A stretch of 64,000 bases of DNA, from contig JBFLXJ010000009.1 in the NCBI GenBank assembly GCA_040757085.1, positions 7,466-71,465 of the forward strand, given 5' to 3'. The notes under the pieces are model-generated. The model did no database searches, was not told the DNA's origin, and worked only from the letters and a program-made list of their open reading frames with translations. A program made the translations under genes and the position numbers. This stretch comes from Bacillota bacterium (GTDB lineage: Bacteria; Bacillota; Sulfobacillia; JACIYH01). Within the stretch, counting starts at the first letter, position 1. Each line of letters starts with the position of its first letter. Positions 1 through 9,501 of the stretch are shown here, one piece after another.

Positions 1-1
1 G

Positions 2-1501
2 GGGGTAGAGGAAGCCGAAGCCATGCTCGCCCTCGGGCAGGTGGAGGGGGGCATGATCCCCAAGCTGAAGGCCTGCCTGAGAGCCGTGCGCGGGGGGGTG
101 AAGTCGGCCCACATCGTGGACGGGCGGCGCCCCCACTTCCTCCTGGTGGAGATCTTCACCCGCGAAGGGGCCGGGACCATGGTGGTGCCTGCCGCCGCGG
201 GTGAGCAAGGGGAGGAGGCTGGCGCTGGGGAGCGTGACGCTGCACGGGCGGAGGCCAGCGGGGATGGGGCCGGGCAGGAAGAGGCAGAGGTGGTTGACCA
301 GGAGCGGCGTCACTACTGGCCGATTTTCCGCCGCCAGCCCCTGGTGCTGGTGCGGGGGGAAGGCTCCTGGGTCTGGGACATCCGGGGCCGCCGCTACCTG
401 GATTTCGTCACCGGCCTGGCCGTGTGCGGCCTGGGGCACTGTCACCCCCGGGTGACACGGGCCATCTGCGAGCAGGCGAGGGAGCTGGTCCACACGTCAT
501 GCCTGTATTACACCGTACCCCAGGTTCGGCTGGCGCGGGAACTGGCCCGGTTGAGCGGCCTGGACCGCGTGTTCTTCGCCAATTCGGGAGCCGAGGCTAA
601 CGAAGGGGCAATCAAGCTGGCCCGCAAGTTCGGGGCGCGGGACGGGCGCTTTCACATCGTCACCGCCCGCCGGTCCTTCCACGGGCGCACTCTGGCCACC
701 CTGGCCGCCACCGGACAGGAGAAGTATCACCGGGGCTTCGCGCCCCTACCTCCGGGTTTCAGTTACATCCCCTTTGGCGACGTGGCCGCCCTGGAGCAGG
801 CCGTTACCCCCGAGACTGTGGCAGTGATGGTGGAACCGGTACAGGGGGAAGGGGGCATCTACCCTGCCTCGCAGGAATTCATGGATGCTTTGGCCAGGTG
901 GCAGCAGGCGGGCGTACTCCTCATCTGTGACGAGATCCAGTGCGGCCTCGGTCGCACGGGAAAGTGGTTTGCCTTCCAGCACTACGGCGTCAAGCCGGAC
1001 ATCGTCACCCTAGCCAAGTCCCTGGGGGGAGGCGTGCCCATCGGGGCAGTGCTGGCCCGCGAAGAGGTGGCAGTGTGCCTGGCTCCCGGCGATCACGGCT
1101 CCACCTTCGGTGGTAATCCCCTGGCCTGTCGGGCGGCCCTGGCTTATCTGGAAGCATTGCAGGACGAGAGGGTGGTGGAAAACGCCGCCGCCATGGGTGA
1201 GTACCTGGCGAGGGGGCTCCGGGATCTGGCCGCGCGCCACCCGGCGGTGGCCGAGGTACGGGCACTGGGCCTGATGGCGGGGCTCGAGTTGCGCGTACCA
1301 GGTGCGCAGGTGGTGGCGGTTTGCCGCGAACTGGGGCTGCTGGTCAACTGCACGGAAGAGGTGGTGATCCGCCTGCTGCCGGCCCTCAACGTGACCAGGG
1401 CCGAGGTGGATCGGGCGGTGGAGATCCTGGATCAGGCCCTGGCGGTGGCCGATGCCGCGCTCGCAGGGGCGCGGGCGGGAGCCGACGCCGCCGGCAACTG
1501 A
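2..1501 (+). CDS. argD: 5'-truncated ORF: acetylglutamate kinase (ArgB) C-terminus continuing in frame into acetylornithine aminotransferase (ArgD)
   Basis: The frame is open to the window edge. The first ~55 aa ([37 protein letters not shown]) look like the conserved ArgB C-terminus and no stop follows. After a ~35-aa E/A/G-rich stretch the class-III aminotransferase body begins ([37 protein letters not shown]-Lys context TLAKSLGGG). An in-frame GTG at 290 preceded by GGAAGAGG could be an internal ArgD start. Confidence 0.85.
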   Translation, partial: GVEEAEAMLALGQVEGGMIPKLKACLRAVRGGVKSAHIVDGRRPHFLLVEIFTREGAGTMVVPAAAGEQGEEAGAGERDAARAEASGDGAGQEEAEVVDQERRHYWPIFRRQPLVLVRGEGSWVWDIRGRRYLDFVTGLAVCGLGHCHPRVTRAICEQARELVHTSCLYYTVPQVRLARELARLSGLDRVFFANSGAEANEGAIKLARKFGARDGRFHIVTARRSFHGRTLATLAATGQEKYHRGFAPLPPGFSYIPFGDVAALEQAVTPETVAVMVEPVQGEGGIYPASQEFMDALARWQQAGVLLICDEIQCGLGRTGKWFAFQHYGVKPDIVTLAKSLGGGVPIGAVLAREEVAVCLAPGDHGSTFGGNPLACRAALAYLEALQDERVVENAAAMGEYLARGLRDLAARHPAVAEVRALGLMAGLELRVPGAQVVAVCRELGLLVNCTEEVVIRLLPALNVTRAEVDRAVEILDQALAVADAALAGARAGADAAGN

Positions 1502-1565
1502 CCGGGCGGGAGCAGGTGCTGCCCGGAAGGAAGCCGGGGCGGCGCAATGAGGAAGGAGGGGTATC

Positions 1566-2882
1566 ATGGATAAGGTGGTGCTGGCGTATTCGGGTGGCCT
1601 GGATACCTCGGTGGCCATCCACTGGTTGAAGGAAAAGTACGGCATGGAAGTGGTGGCGCTCATCGCCGACCTGGGCGAAGGGCGAGATCTGGAGGCTCTG
1701 GTCCGTAAGGCGCTCCAGGTGGGGGCGGTGTCCTGCCGGGCCGTGGATGCCCGTGAACAGTTCGTGCGCGAATTTGTGTTCCCCGCCCTGCGGGCCCACG
1801 CCGTCTACGAGGGCGTGTACCCCCTCTCGGCGGGGTTGTCCCGGCCTCTCATCGCCCGGCTGTTGGTGGAGACCGCTCACGCCGAGGGGGCCAAGGCGGT
1901 GGCCCACGGCTGCACGGGTAAGGGGAATGATCAGGTCAGGTTCGACGTGTCCATAGCGGCGCTGGATCCCACCTTGAAGGTGATCGCTCCCGTGCGGGAG
2001 TGGAGCTGGTCCCGGGAAGAAGAGATCGACTACGCCCGTGCTCACGGCATTCCCGTGCCCGTGGAGAAGCGCAACCCGTTCTCCATCGACCAGAACCTGT
2101 GGGGGCGCAGCATCGAGTGCGGGGTGCTGGAGGATCCCTGGGTGGAGCCTCCCCCCGAGGCATTTGCCTGGACGCGGGATGTGGCCGACACCCCTTCTGC
2201 GCCCTGCTACCTGCAGATCGAGTTCGTCGAGGGGGTGCCGGTGGCCCTGGACGGGGAACCCCTGGATCCCGTCGACCTGCTCGTGCGTCTGAACCGCCTG
2301 GCGGGCGAGCACGGGGTGGGGCGGATCGACCACGTGGAGAACCGGCTGGTGGGTATCAAGTCCCGCGAGGTGTACGAAGCCCCCGCGGCCACGGTGCTGC
2401 TGGCGGCGCACCGCGCCCTGGAGGCCCTGTGCCTTCCCCGCGAGACCGCCCATTTCAAGGTGCTGGTGGAACAAAAGTACTCGGAGCTTGTGTACTACGG
2501 GCTCTGGTACTCGCCCTTGCGTGCGGCCCTGGACGCCTTCGTGGCCTCCACCCAGCAGTACGTGACCGGTACGGTGCGGGTGAAGCTGCACCGTGGCACC
2601 TGCCAGGTGGTGGGGCGGCGGTCTCCGTATTCCCTGTACGACTACGGCCTGGCAACTTACGATGCGGCCGACACCTTCCGGCACGACTCGGCGGTGGGAT
2701 TCATCGACATCTGGGGCTTGCCCACCCGGGTGTCCGCCCGTGTGCAGGGAGTTCCCGGAATGCGCTATGCCCGGTCGGCCGCCGGGGAGCCCGCCGCGGC
2801 GGCGTCGGGAGGCTGCGAGGAGTCACTGGCCTCCCTGTCCACGGGAGTTTCGGCAGCGGTGGGCGGAGGGTGTCAAGCGTGA
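1566..2882 (+). CDS. argG: argininosuccinate synthase
   Basis: N-terminal [18 protein letters not shown]-binding motif and full-length ArgG-like sequence. It has a ~35-aa A/G/S-rich C-terminal extension, and its stop overlaps the argH start (GTGA). Confidence 0.95.
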   Translation: MDKVVLAYSGGLDTSVAIHWLKEKYGMEVVALIADLGEGRDLEALVRKALQVGAVSCRAVDAREQFVREFVFPALRAHAVYEGVYPLSAGLSRPLIARLLVETAHAEGAKAVAHGCTGKGNDQVRFDVSIAALDPTLKVIAPVREWSWSREEEIDYARAHGIPVPVEKRNPFSIDQNLWGRSIECGVLEDPWVEPPPEAFAWTRDVADTPSAPCYLQIEFVEGVPVALDGEPLDPVDLLVRLNRLAGEHGVGRIDHVENRLVGIKSREVYEAPAATVLLAAHRALEALCLPRETAHFKVLVEQKYSELVYYGLWYSPLRAALDAFVASTQQYVTGTVRVKLHRGTCQVVGRRSPYSLYDYGLATYDAADTFRHDSAVGFIDIWGLPTRVSARVQGVPGMRYARSAAGEPAAAASGGCEESLASLSTGVSAAVGGGCQA

Positions 2883-4270
2883 GGCTGTGGGGGGGCCGTT
2901 TCCAGCGGGACCCGCGGCAGGAGGTGCTGGCCTACACCTCGTCCCTGCCTTACGACCGGCGTCTGGCCCGCCAGGACGTGGAGGGCAGCCGGGCCCATGT
3001 GCGCATGCTGGGAGCTCGCGGTATCCTGAGCCCCCAGGAAGTCGAGCGGCTGCTGAGCGGTCTGGATATGGTGGCAAGGGAACTGGAAGAAGGCACCTTC
3101 CCCTTCCGGCCCGAACTGGAAGACATCCATACCTGCGTGGAAGCGCGCCTGGGGGAACTGGTGGGGGAGGTGGCGGGGAAGCTGCATACAGCCCGCAGCC
3201 GCAACGACCAGGTGGCCCTGGACATGCACATGTATCTGCGGGAACAGGTGGCTGAACTGGACCGGGCAGTAGGCCGGCTGCAGGAGAATATCCTGGATCT
3301 GGCGGAGAAGCATCAGGACCTGATCATGCCCGGGTATACCCACCTGCAGCGCGCCCAGCCGGTGCTTTTCGCTCATCACCTGCTGGCCTACTTCTTTATG
3401 CTGCAGCGAGACCGGGAGCGCCTGGCATTTTGCTCCCGCCAGCTTGACCGCATGCCCCTGGGGGCCGCGGCCCTGGCGGGTACCGGTTTCCCCATCGACC
3501 CCGAACAGGTGGCCAGAGAACTGGGATTCTCCCGGCTCTATGACAATTCTATGGACGCCGTGTCCGACCGCGACCACGTGGTGGAAGTGCTCTCGGCCTG
3601 TGCCCTCATCATGGTGCACCTGGGGCGCCTGGCCGAAGAACTGGTGCTGTGGAGCAGCCGGGAGTTCGGCTTCCTGGAACTGGACGACAGCTATGCCACC
3701 GGTTCCAGCATCATGCCTCAGAAGAAGAATCCCGACGTGGCCGAGCTCGTGAGGGGCCGGGTGGGGCGGGTGGTGGGTCACCTGGTGGGGTTCCTGATGG
3801 TGCTGAAGGGCCTTCCCCTGGCCTATTGCCGGGACCTGCAGGAGGACAAGGAGGCCCTTTTCGGGGCCCTGGACACCACCATCTCGTCCCTGCAGGTGAT
3901 GGCCGGTATGATCGCCACCGCCCGTCCCCAACCGGAGGCCATGGCGCGCGCCTGCCGGGGCGGGCTCCTCACCGCTACCGACCTGGCCGACTACCTGGTG
4001 CAAAAGGGGATGCCATTCCGCCAGGCCCACCGGCTGGTAGGTCAGATAGTTCTCCGCTGCCTCGAGCAGGGCAAGGAGTTGTGGGAACTGAGCCCCGAAG
4101 AGTACCGGAGTTTCTCTCCCCTTTTTGGCGACGACGTGCGGGAGGTGGTGACGCCCGAAGCCAGCGTACGTGCCAGGCGTTCCCCCGGGGGAACTGCTCC
4201 CGAGAGTGTGAAGGCCCAGTTGAAAAAAGCGCGGGCGTTGGCAGGAAGTTCCCATTCCGGGGTGGTATAA
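2879..4270 (+). CDS. argH: argininosuccinate lyase
   Basis: The track ORF 2000..4270 is ArgH-like only from GTG 2879 (VRLWGGRFQ...). The fumarate-lyase signature [12 protein letters not shown] is present. The upstream part overlaps argG in another frame. Confidence 0.93.
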   Translation: MRLWGGRFQRDPRQEVLAYTSSLPYDRRLARQDVEGSRAHVRMLGARGILSPQEVERLLSGLDMVARELEEGTFPFRPELEDIHTCVEARLGELVGEVAGKLHTARSRNDQVALDMHMYLREQVAELDRAVGRLQENILDLAEKHQDLIMPGYTHLQRAQPVLFAHHLLAYFFMLQRDRERLAFCSRQLDRMPLGAAALAGTGFPIDPEQVARELGFSRLYDNSMDAVSDRDHVVEVLSACALIMVHLGRLAEELVLWSSREFGFLELDDSYATGSSIMPQKKNPDVAELVRGRVGRVVGHLVGFLMVLKGLPLAYCRDLQEDKEALFGALDTTISSLQVMAGMIATARPQPEAMARACRGGLLTATDLADYLVQKGMPFRQAHRLVGQIVLRCLEQGKELWELSPEEYRSFSPLFGDDVREVVTPEASVRARRSPGGTAPESVKAQLKKARALAGSSHSGVV

Positions 4271-4291
4271 TGGCACCGTGGTGATGCAAGA

Positions 4292-5653
4292 GTGACATCA
4301 GTCCCCCGCGAACCCGGCAGCGGGCCCGACCCCGCCTCCCGGCAGGCCCTGGAGCAAATCGTGCAGCGGAGCCGGGAGGCCCTGGCCCGCGATCCCCGCG
4401 ACCTGGCGGCCCGGCGGGACCTGGGCTCGGCCCTGTATCAACTGGGACAGGTGGAAATGGCGACCGCCGAGCTCCAGCAGGTGCTGGCGCGGGACCCGCG
4501 GGACGCGGGGGCCCGTTACCTGCTTGCGCTCTGTCTGGCGGAACAGGGGAAGCTGGACGAGGCTGCCTCCCACCTGCGTCAGGTGGTGAAGTCCCGGCCC
4601 CGGCACGCACTGGCCCATTATTTCCTGGGGCGCATCCTGGGGTTGCAGGGGAAACTGCCCGAAGCCGAGGCTGAGGTTCGCCTGGCGGTAGACGTCGAAC
4701 CCCACCCGCGCATGATCTCGTACCTGGCGGAACTGTACCTGGCCCTGGGCGATTTGGGCCGGGCCAGCGCCTGCTGGCGCAAGGTGGTGGAGATGGACCC
4801 CGAAGACCAGCATGCCAGGCGCAACCTGGTGGCGACATATCTGGACCGGGGCATGTACGACCGGGCCATCGAGGAAGGGAACCGGGCGCTGGTGGCGGGG
4901 GCTTCCCATCCCACCCTTTTCTATAACCTGGGGCTGGCCTACCTGCGCCGGGGGGATGTGGAGCAGAGCATCGACCACCTGGAAAAAGCCCACTCCCTGG
5001 ACCCCGCTCACGTGCCCACGTTGATCGGGCTGGGGGAGGCATATGCCGCCGCCGGCCGGCTGCCCGAGGCGGGGCAGGCGTGGCAAAAGGCACTGGACCG
5101 GGATCCCGGCAACCCCCTGGCCCTGTACGACCTGGGGGTGGCGGCCCTGCACGGCGGCCAGCCCGAAGAGGCCGTTTCTTACTGGCGGCAGGCTCTTAGC
5201 AGCCAGGAGCGCTTTGTGCCCGCCCGGAGGGCGCTGGCCAATTTCCTGGTCCACCAGGGACGTGCCGGGGAAGGCATCGCCCTGTGGGAAGAAGCGGTTC
5301 GGGCAGAGCCCCGCAATGTGGAAGCCCGGGCCTACCTGGCCCAGGTGCTGCTGCTGGCGGGGGACTACCCCCGTGCTCGCCAGGTGGCCCGGGAGGCGGC
5401 GGATCTTGACCCCGGAGACGTGCGGGCTGCCGTGATCGAGTTCCTGGCCTCTTTCCGCCAGGGGGATGAACTGGGGATGGTGCGTGCCCTGCGCCGGGCT
5501 GCCCGCATCCGCGGTTTTGTCCCCCGAGCGGTGGCCGCTTGCCGGGATCTCCTCGACAGAGAAGAGTTGCAGGGTTTAGCCGAGCGCTTGCGCGACAGTA
5601 CCGCCGCTCGCGTGCTGTCCCTGCTCCTTGACGAACTGACCCAGGCCTCGTAA
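4292..5653 (+). CDS. tetratricopeptide-repeat protein
   Basis: Successive ~34-aa units with the TPR A/L/Y/G/P pattern (e.g. GSALYQLGQVEMATAELQQVLARDPRD, ARYLLALCLAEQGKLDEAASHLRQVV). No other domain recognised. GTG start. Confidence 0.7.
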   Translation: MTSVPREPGSGPDPASRQALEQIVQRSREALARDPRDLAARRDLGSALYQLGQVEMATAELQQVLARDPRDAGARYLLALCLAEQGKLDEAASHLRQVVKSRPRHALAHYFLGRILGLQGKLPEAEAEVRLAVDVEPHPRMISYLAELYLALGDLGRASACWRKVVEMDPEDQHARRNLVATYLDRGMYDRAIEEGNRALVAGASHPTLFYNLGLAYLRRGDVEQSIDHLEKAHSLDPAHVPTLIGLGEAYAAAGRLPEAGQAWQKALDRDPGNPLALYDLGVAALHGGQPEEAVSYWRQALSSQERFVPARRALANFLVHQGRAGEGIALWEEAVRAEPRNVEARAYLAQVLLLAGDYPRARQVAREAADLDPGDVRAAVIEFLASFRQGDELGMVRALRRAARIRGFVPRAVAACRDLLDREELQGLAERLRDSTAARVLSLLLDELTQAS

Positions 5654-6268
5654 CCGGGCGAGGTCTTCGGGGCTGTTGACGTTGAAGAAAGCCAGCTGGG
5701 GCGGGGCATAGAGGCGGATTTCCCGTTCTTCCACGGGACGCACCCGCACCCGGGGGTAAAAAGAAGCCAGGCGCCTTTCCCCCCGCGCCAGTGCCTCCTC
5801 TATGGCAGCCAGGCAGGAGGGGGCGTATAGGGCGGCCAGAGGTTCCCAGAAACCGTTCCAGCGCGGCACCACTGCCTGCCATCCGTCTTCGCTGCTGGCC
5901 ACTTCCAGCATATAAACGGCCAGCCCCGCGGGAAAAAGGGGCAGGTCGCAGGCGAGCGCCAGGGCCCAGGGGGTGCGGCACTCCCTCAGGCCGGCAGCGA
6001 GGGCGGCCAGGGGGCCCACCCCGGGCACCTCACTGTCCACCACCCGGTAAGGGAGCCCTTCCGCCACGGTCCGATCGCGGCTTACGATGAGCACCGTCCC
6101 GGTCAGGTCGGCCAGGAGCCGGGCGGCCCGCGCCACCAGGGTTTCCCCTCCCAGGGTGGCCACGGCCTTGCTGAACCCCATGCGGGACGAGCTCCCCCCT
6201 GCCAGCAGCAGTCCGGTAACTGCCGCGGCCGGGGCAGGTCCCCCGGTTCGCTTGCGGCCGGTGCTCAC
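5576..6268 (-). CDS. mobA: molybdenum cofactor guanylyltransferase
   Basis: LLAGGSSSRMG..K motif, PGVGPLAAL and ACDLP motifs typical of MobA. The GTG start overlaps the mobB stop by 4 nt. Confidence 0.85.
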   Translation of the reverse strand: MSTGRKRTGGPAPAAAVTGLLLAGGSSSRMGFSKAVATLGGETLVARAARLLADLTGTVLIVSRDRTVAEGLPYRVVDSEVPGVGPLAALAAGLRECRTPWALALACDLPLFPAGLAVYMLEVASSEDGWQAVVPRWNGFWEPLAALYAPSCLAAIEEALARGERRLASFYPRVRVRPVEEREIRLYAPPQLAFFNVNSPEDLARLRGLGQFVKEQGQHASGGTVAQALG

Positions 6269-6768
6269 GGCGTGGCAACCTCCGGCCGGCGCAGTCCCAG
6301 GGTTTCTTCTACCAGAACCGCCAGCTCCGGGGCGTCTTGCGGTCCCCGCGCCACGCGCAGGGAGCCGGGGCCAGGATCCCGGGAAGGCCCAGGACCCTGT
6401 ACGTGTACGCTGGGTATCTCCAGGTGGTGGTGGCCTTCCACCAGGATGACGTCGGGCCGGGGGAGTCCCAGGGAATGGTAGAAAGCGGCGAGCGCCTCTG
6501 CCAGCCGGGCGGGGTCGAGGTGCTCAGCGCCGTATCCCAGCACAGCCCAGGAGCCGGGCGAGTGGAGCAGCACTGCTTCTGCACCGGCCCGGGCAAGACG
6601 CCAGCTATCTTTTCCCGGCCGATCCAGGGAAAAGCCCCCCGGGCTGTGTTTCAAGGCGGCCACCCGCCAGCCCCTCTCTCTGAGGGCACGGATCAGGGCC
6701 TCCAGCACGGTGGTCTTGCCGGTTCCGGAAGCACCCGTTATGCCGAACATGGGGATACCGCCCGGCAT
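6265..6768 (-). CDS. mobB: molybdopterin-guanine dinucleotide biosynthesis adapter protein MobB
   Basis: Only the last 167 codons of track ORF 6265..7521 are MobB-like (MPGGIPMFGITGASGTGKTT Walker A, AALKHS). ATG 6768 is preceded by GGAGGAG at a 9-nt spacing. Confidence 0.85.
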   Translation of the reverse strand: MPGGIPMFGITGASGTGKTTVLEALIRALRERGWRVAALKHSPGGFSLDRPGKDSWRLARAGAEAVLLHSPGSWAVLGYGAEHLDPARLAEALAAFYHSLGLPRPDVILVEGHHHLEIPSVHVQGPGPSRDPGPGSLRVARGPQDAPELAVLVEETLGLRRPEVATP

Positions 6769-6981
6769 CACTCTCACTCTCCTCCGGCCGCAATTCTGAC
6801 CCACCTCTGCTCCCTCTGAGGCGCATCTACGGTGACTGCCCGGCAGTTGTTCCTGTTCGCCACTGTCCTTGCCGCTCCTGCAGGATAGCCGGGGAGGAGT
6901 GGAACCCTTGACGAGGTCTTCCCGCTGTGCGCAGGCATGGGGGCCAAGCGGGTGGGAGATGATAACGCCGGAGGTGGTAAT

Positions 6982-7161
6982 TTGGGTCGGCAGCAGGATC
7001 GGCCGGGGAACAAAACCCGCCTCCCCGACCTGGATCAGGAGCGGCTGGAATACGAGGTGGCGGAGGAGATCGGGGTAGACCCGAACCGGGCGCGCCAGGC
7101 CCGCAGCCGGGGACGCAAGGGACGTAACAGCGACAGGGCAAACCCGCCCAACCCCCCGTGA
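6982..7161 (+). CDS. small basic hypothetical protein with SASP-like N-terminal motif
   Basis: In-frame TTG at 6982 lies 7 nt after GGAGG (6970..6974); an alternative ATG is at 6937. Third-codon-position GC looks like that of the real genes. A canonical terminator follows directly. The motif NKTRLPDLDQERLEYEVAEEIGV resembles alpha/beta-type SASP signature 1. Confidence 0.5.
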   Translation: MGRQQDRPGNKTRLPDLDQERLEYEVAEEIGVDPNRARQARSRGRKGRNSDRANPPNPP

Positions 7162-7177
7162 GATCATGGGCGAAGCT

Positions 7178-7210
7178 GGGCCCCGCTTGGTCGGGGCCCT
7201 CTTTGTTTTA
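7178..7210 (+). terminator. intrinsic terminator after the small SASP-like gene
   Basis: GGGCCCCG-cttggt-CGGGGCCC perfect 8-bp stem followed by TCTTTGTTTTA. Confidence 0.7.
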
Positions 7211-7317
7211 CACGGCCAGCGGTTGAGGTGCGCGGCCAGGGGTCTAAGGGCGTGGCAGAGGCCGGGGCGTGCAGGCAGGAGCGAACGGGGGTGGCGTCGA
7301 ACCCGGCAGGTACCGGT

Positions 7318-8139
7318 ATGGAAGTCTTGGCCTTTGTGGGACCGAGCGGGACGGGCAAGAGCCACCACGCATCCCTGGTGGCGTACGAAACCCAGGCTGA
7401 TCTGATCATCGATGACGGCCTGGTGATCCGGGATGGCCGTATCGTGGCGGGCAGGTCCGCCAAGCGGGAGGCCACCCGGGTGGGGGCCTTGCGCGCTGCT
7501 TTCTTCGTGGACCCGGATCACGCCCGGCAGGCAGCGGACAAGATCCGGGAACTGGGGCCGTCACGGGTGCTGGTCCTGGCCACCTCCGTGGGCATGGCCG
7601 ACCGCATCTGCCGCACCTTGGGCTTGCCCCTGCCCACGGAGTACATCTCGATTGAACAGGTGGCTTCCGCGGAGGAGATTCGCCTGGCCCTGCGGGCCCG
7701 GCGTCACGAGGGCAAGCATGTCATCCCGGCGCCCACCTTCGAGGTGAAAAAAGGGTTTTCCGGGTACCTGGTCGACCCCCTGCGTTTTTTGTTCCGCCCG
7801 CGCCAGGCTCCCGAGCCGGCGCGGCTCGTGGTGGAAAAATCGGTGGTGAGGCCCACCTACAGCTCCCTGGGCAAGTTCTTCATATCGCAGGCTGTGGTGG
7901 TGGCCATCACCGCCCGTGCCTGCCGGGAAGTCGAGGGGGTGGCCCGCGTGTTGCGCGCGCGGGTGGACCTTAAGCCGGAAGGGGTGGTGGTAAACCTGGA
8001 TGTTGCCCTACGTCGTGGTCCCGGGCTGGCCCACATCATGCCGGGAGTCCAGGAGAAGGTGGCCGAGACCCTGGAGCACATGACAGCCCTCAACGTCCTG
8101 GGGATCAACGTTTGCGCCCGGAAGCTGGTGCTCGAGTAG
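7318..8139 (+). CDS. P-loop NTPase domain fused to an Asp23/Gls24-family domain
   Basis: Start MEVLAFVGPSGTGKS (Walker A), followed by LIIDDG. The C-terminal ~80 aa (ISQAVVVAITARACREVEGVARV..VDL..GVVVNLDVAL..VQEKVAETLEHMTALNVLGINVCARKL) match the Asp23 pattern. The upstream 30 codons of the track ORF lack any RBS logic. Confidence 0.75.
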   Translation: MEVLAFVGPSGTGKSHHASLVAYETQADLIIDDGLVIRDGRIVAGRSAKREATRVGALRAAFFVDPDHARQAADKIRELGPSRVLVLATSVGMADRICRTLGLPLPTEYISIEQVASAEEIRLALRARRHEGKHVIPAPTFEVKKGFSGYLVDPLRFLFRPRQAPEPARLVVEKSVVRPTYSSLGKFFISQAVVVAITARACREVEGVARVLRARVDLKPEGVVVNLDVALRRGPGLAHIMPGVQEKVAETLEHMTALNVLGINVCARKLVLE

Positions 8140-8216
8140 ACAATGAACGCGCAAGAGGCGGCAGACCCCGGCGCGGGGGAGGCCGCGAGGCTGCGGAAAG
8201 GGCGGGAGGTAGCCGG

Positions 8217-9410
8217 ATGCCAGCTGATTACGCACAGTACGTGGACGCCGACCTGGTCATAGGGGTGCTGTGTGACCTGGTGGCCATTGACTCCCGCAAC
8301 CCCGACCTGGTGCCGGGAGCTCCCGGTGAAGAGGCCATAGCCCGGTGCCTGGCAGAGCGGCTGCGGGAGCTGGGGCTGGAAGTGCACTGGCAGCAAGTGG
8401 CCCCCGGTCGGCCCAACGTGGTGGCCGTTCTGCGGGGGACCGATCCCAGGGCTCCTTCCCTAATGTGGAACGGCCACCTGGACACCGTGGGCGTCGAGGG
8501 GATGGCCGAGCCTTTCCGTCCTCGGCGGGAAGGGGGCCTGGTGTACGGCAGGGGCGCATACGACATGAAGGCGGGCCTGGCCGCGGCAGTTGGGGCTCTG
8601 GACGCCATCCGGCGAGCGGGTCGCTTGCCTGGTGATGTGGTGCTGGCCGGGGTGTGCGATGAGGAGTATGCCAGCCTGGGCACCTCCGCCCTGGTCAAGG
8701 AGTATCGCACCACGGGTGCTCTGGTCCTGGAGCCCACCGCCCTGGGGGTGGGGCTGTGCCACAAGGGATTCGTATGGGTAGAGGTGGAGGCTCGCGGGAA
8801 GGCGGCCCACGGTAGCAACTACCGGGAGGGAGTGGATGCCATTTTACGAATGGGGCGTTTCCTGGCAGCCCTCGACGGTTACCAGCGCAGCTACCTCATG
8901 GCCCGCCACCATCCCTACCTGGGTTCCCCTTCTCTCCATGCCTCCTGGATCGAGGGGGGTGGAGAACTCAGCACGTACCCGGCCCGTTGCACGCTCCGGC
9001 TGGAGCGCCGGACCTTACCTGGAGAGACGGACGAGCAGGTGCGGGCAGAGGTGGAGCACCTGGTGCGGCAGGTGGCCGAGGAAGAAGCACGGGCCGGCGA
9101 GGTCACCCGCGCCGGAGACTGGCAGGTCAGGCTTCTTCTCTCCCGACCTCCCTACGAGGTAGGGGTGGGGGAACGGGTAGTCAGGGCGCTGCGGGAAGGT
9201 TACCGGCGTGCCCTGGGCCAGGAGCCCGCTTTGACGGGATCATACCCCTGGACGGACGCTGTCCTCCTGGGACAGGCCGGGATACCGTGCGCCATCTTCG
9301 GCCCGGGCGGGGGAGGGGCCCACGCCCGGGTGGAGTACGTGAGCGAGGAACAGACCGTGGCGGCGGCCCGTGTGCTGGCCGAGACGGCGGCGGTCTTCGC
9401 AACGTTGTAG
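8217..9410 (+). CDS. M20-family metallopeptidase (ArgE/DapE/acetylornithine deacetylase-like)
   Basis: ATG 8217 preceded by GGGAGGT. Motifs NGHLDTV, GRGAYDMKAG and CDEE are typical of M20 deacylases. Confidence 0.85.
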   Translation: MPADYAQYVDADLVIGVLCDLVAIDSRNPDLVPGAPGEEAIARCLAERLRELGLEVHWQQVAPGRPNVVAVLRGTDPRAPSLMWNGHLDTVGVEGMAEPFRPRREGGLVYGRGAYDMKAGLAAAVGALDAIRRAGRLPGDVVLAGVCDEEYASLGTSALVKEYRTTGALVLEPTALGVGLCHKGFVWVEVEARGKAAHGSNYREGVDAILRMGRFLAALDGYQRSYLMARHHPYLGSPSLHASWIEGGGELSTYPARCTLRLERRTLPGETDEQVRAEVEHLVRQVAEEEARAGEVTRAGDWQVRLLLSRPPYEVGVGERVVRALREGYRRALGQEPALTGSYPWTDAVLLGQAGIPCAIFGPGGGGAHARVEYVSEEQTVAAARVLAETAAVFATL

Positions 9411-9501
9411 GCCTCACCCGTTTCGGGGGTGGGCCCGCTCGTGGTGCTCATGGGGGGCGGGGGGCGGGAATAAAAAAGGAGGCAGGGGGATACCCCTGCC
9501 C

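Noticed and set aside
2000-2878. 5' extension of the argH ORF (756 aa in the track)
   Set aside because: This part overlaps argG in another frame and is R/G/P-rich nonsense. ArgH similarity begins exactly at GTG 2879, which overlaps the argG stop.
1386-4276. 432-aa and 467-aa minus-strand ORFs opposite argG and argH
   Set aside because: They are antisense to clearly identifiable arginine-biosynthesis genes and have no recognisable domains.
6769-7521. N-terminal 250 codons of the 418-aa minus-strand ORF containing mobB
   Set aside because: MobB similarity and a strong RBS begin at ATG 6768. The upstream part overlaps the plus-strand small gene, its terminator and the P-loop/Asp23 gene start.
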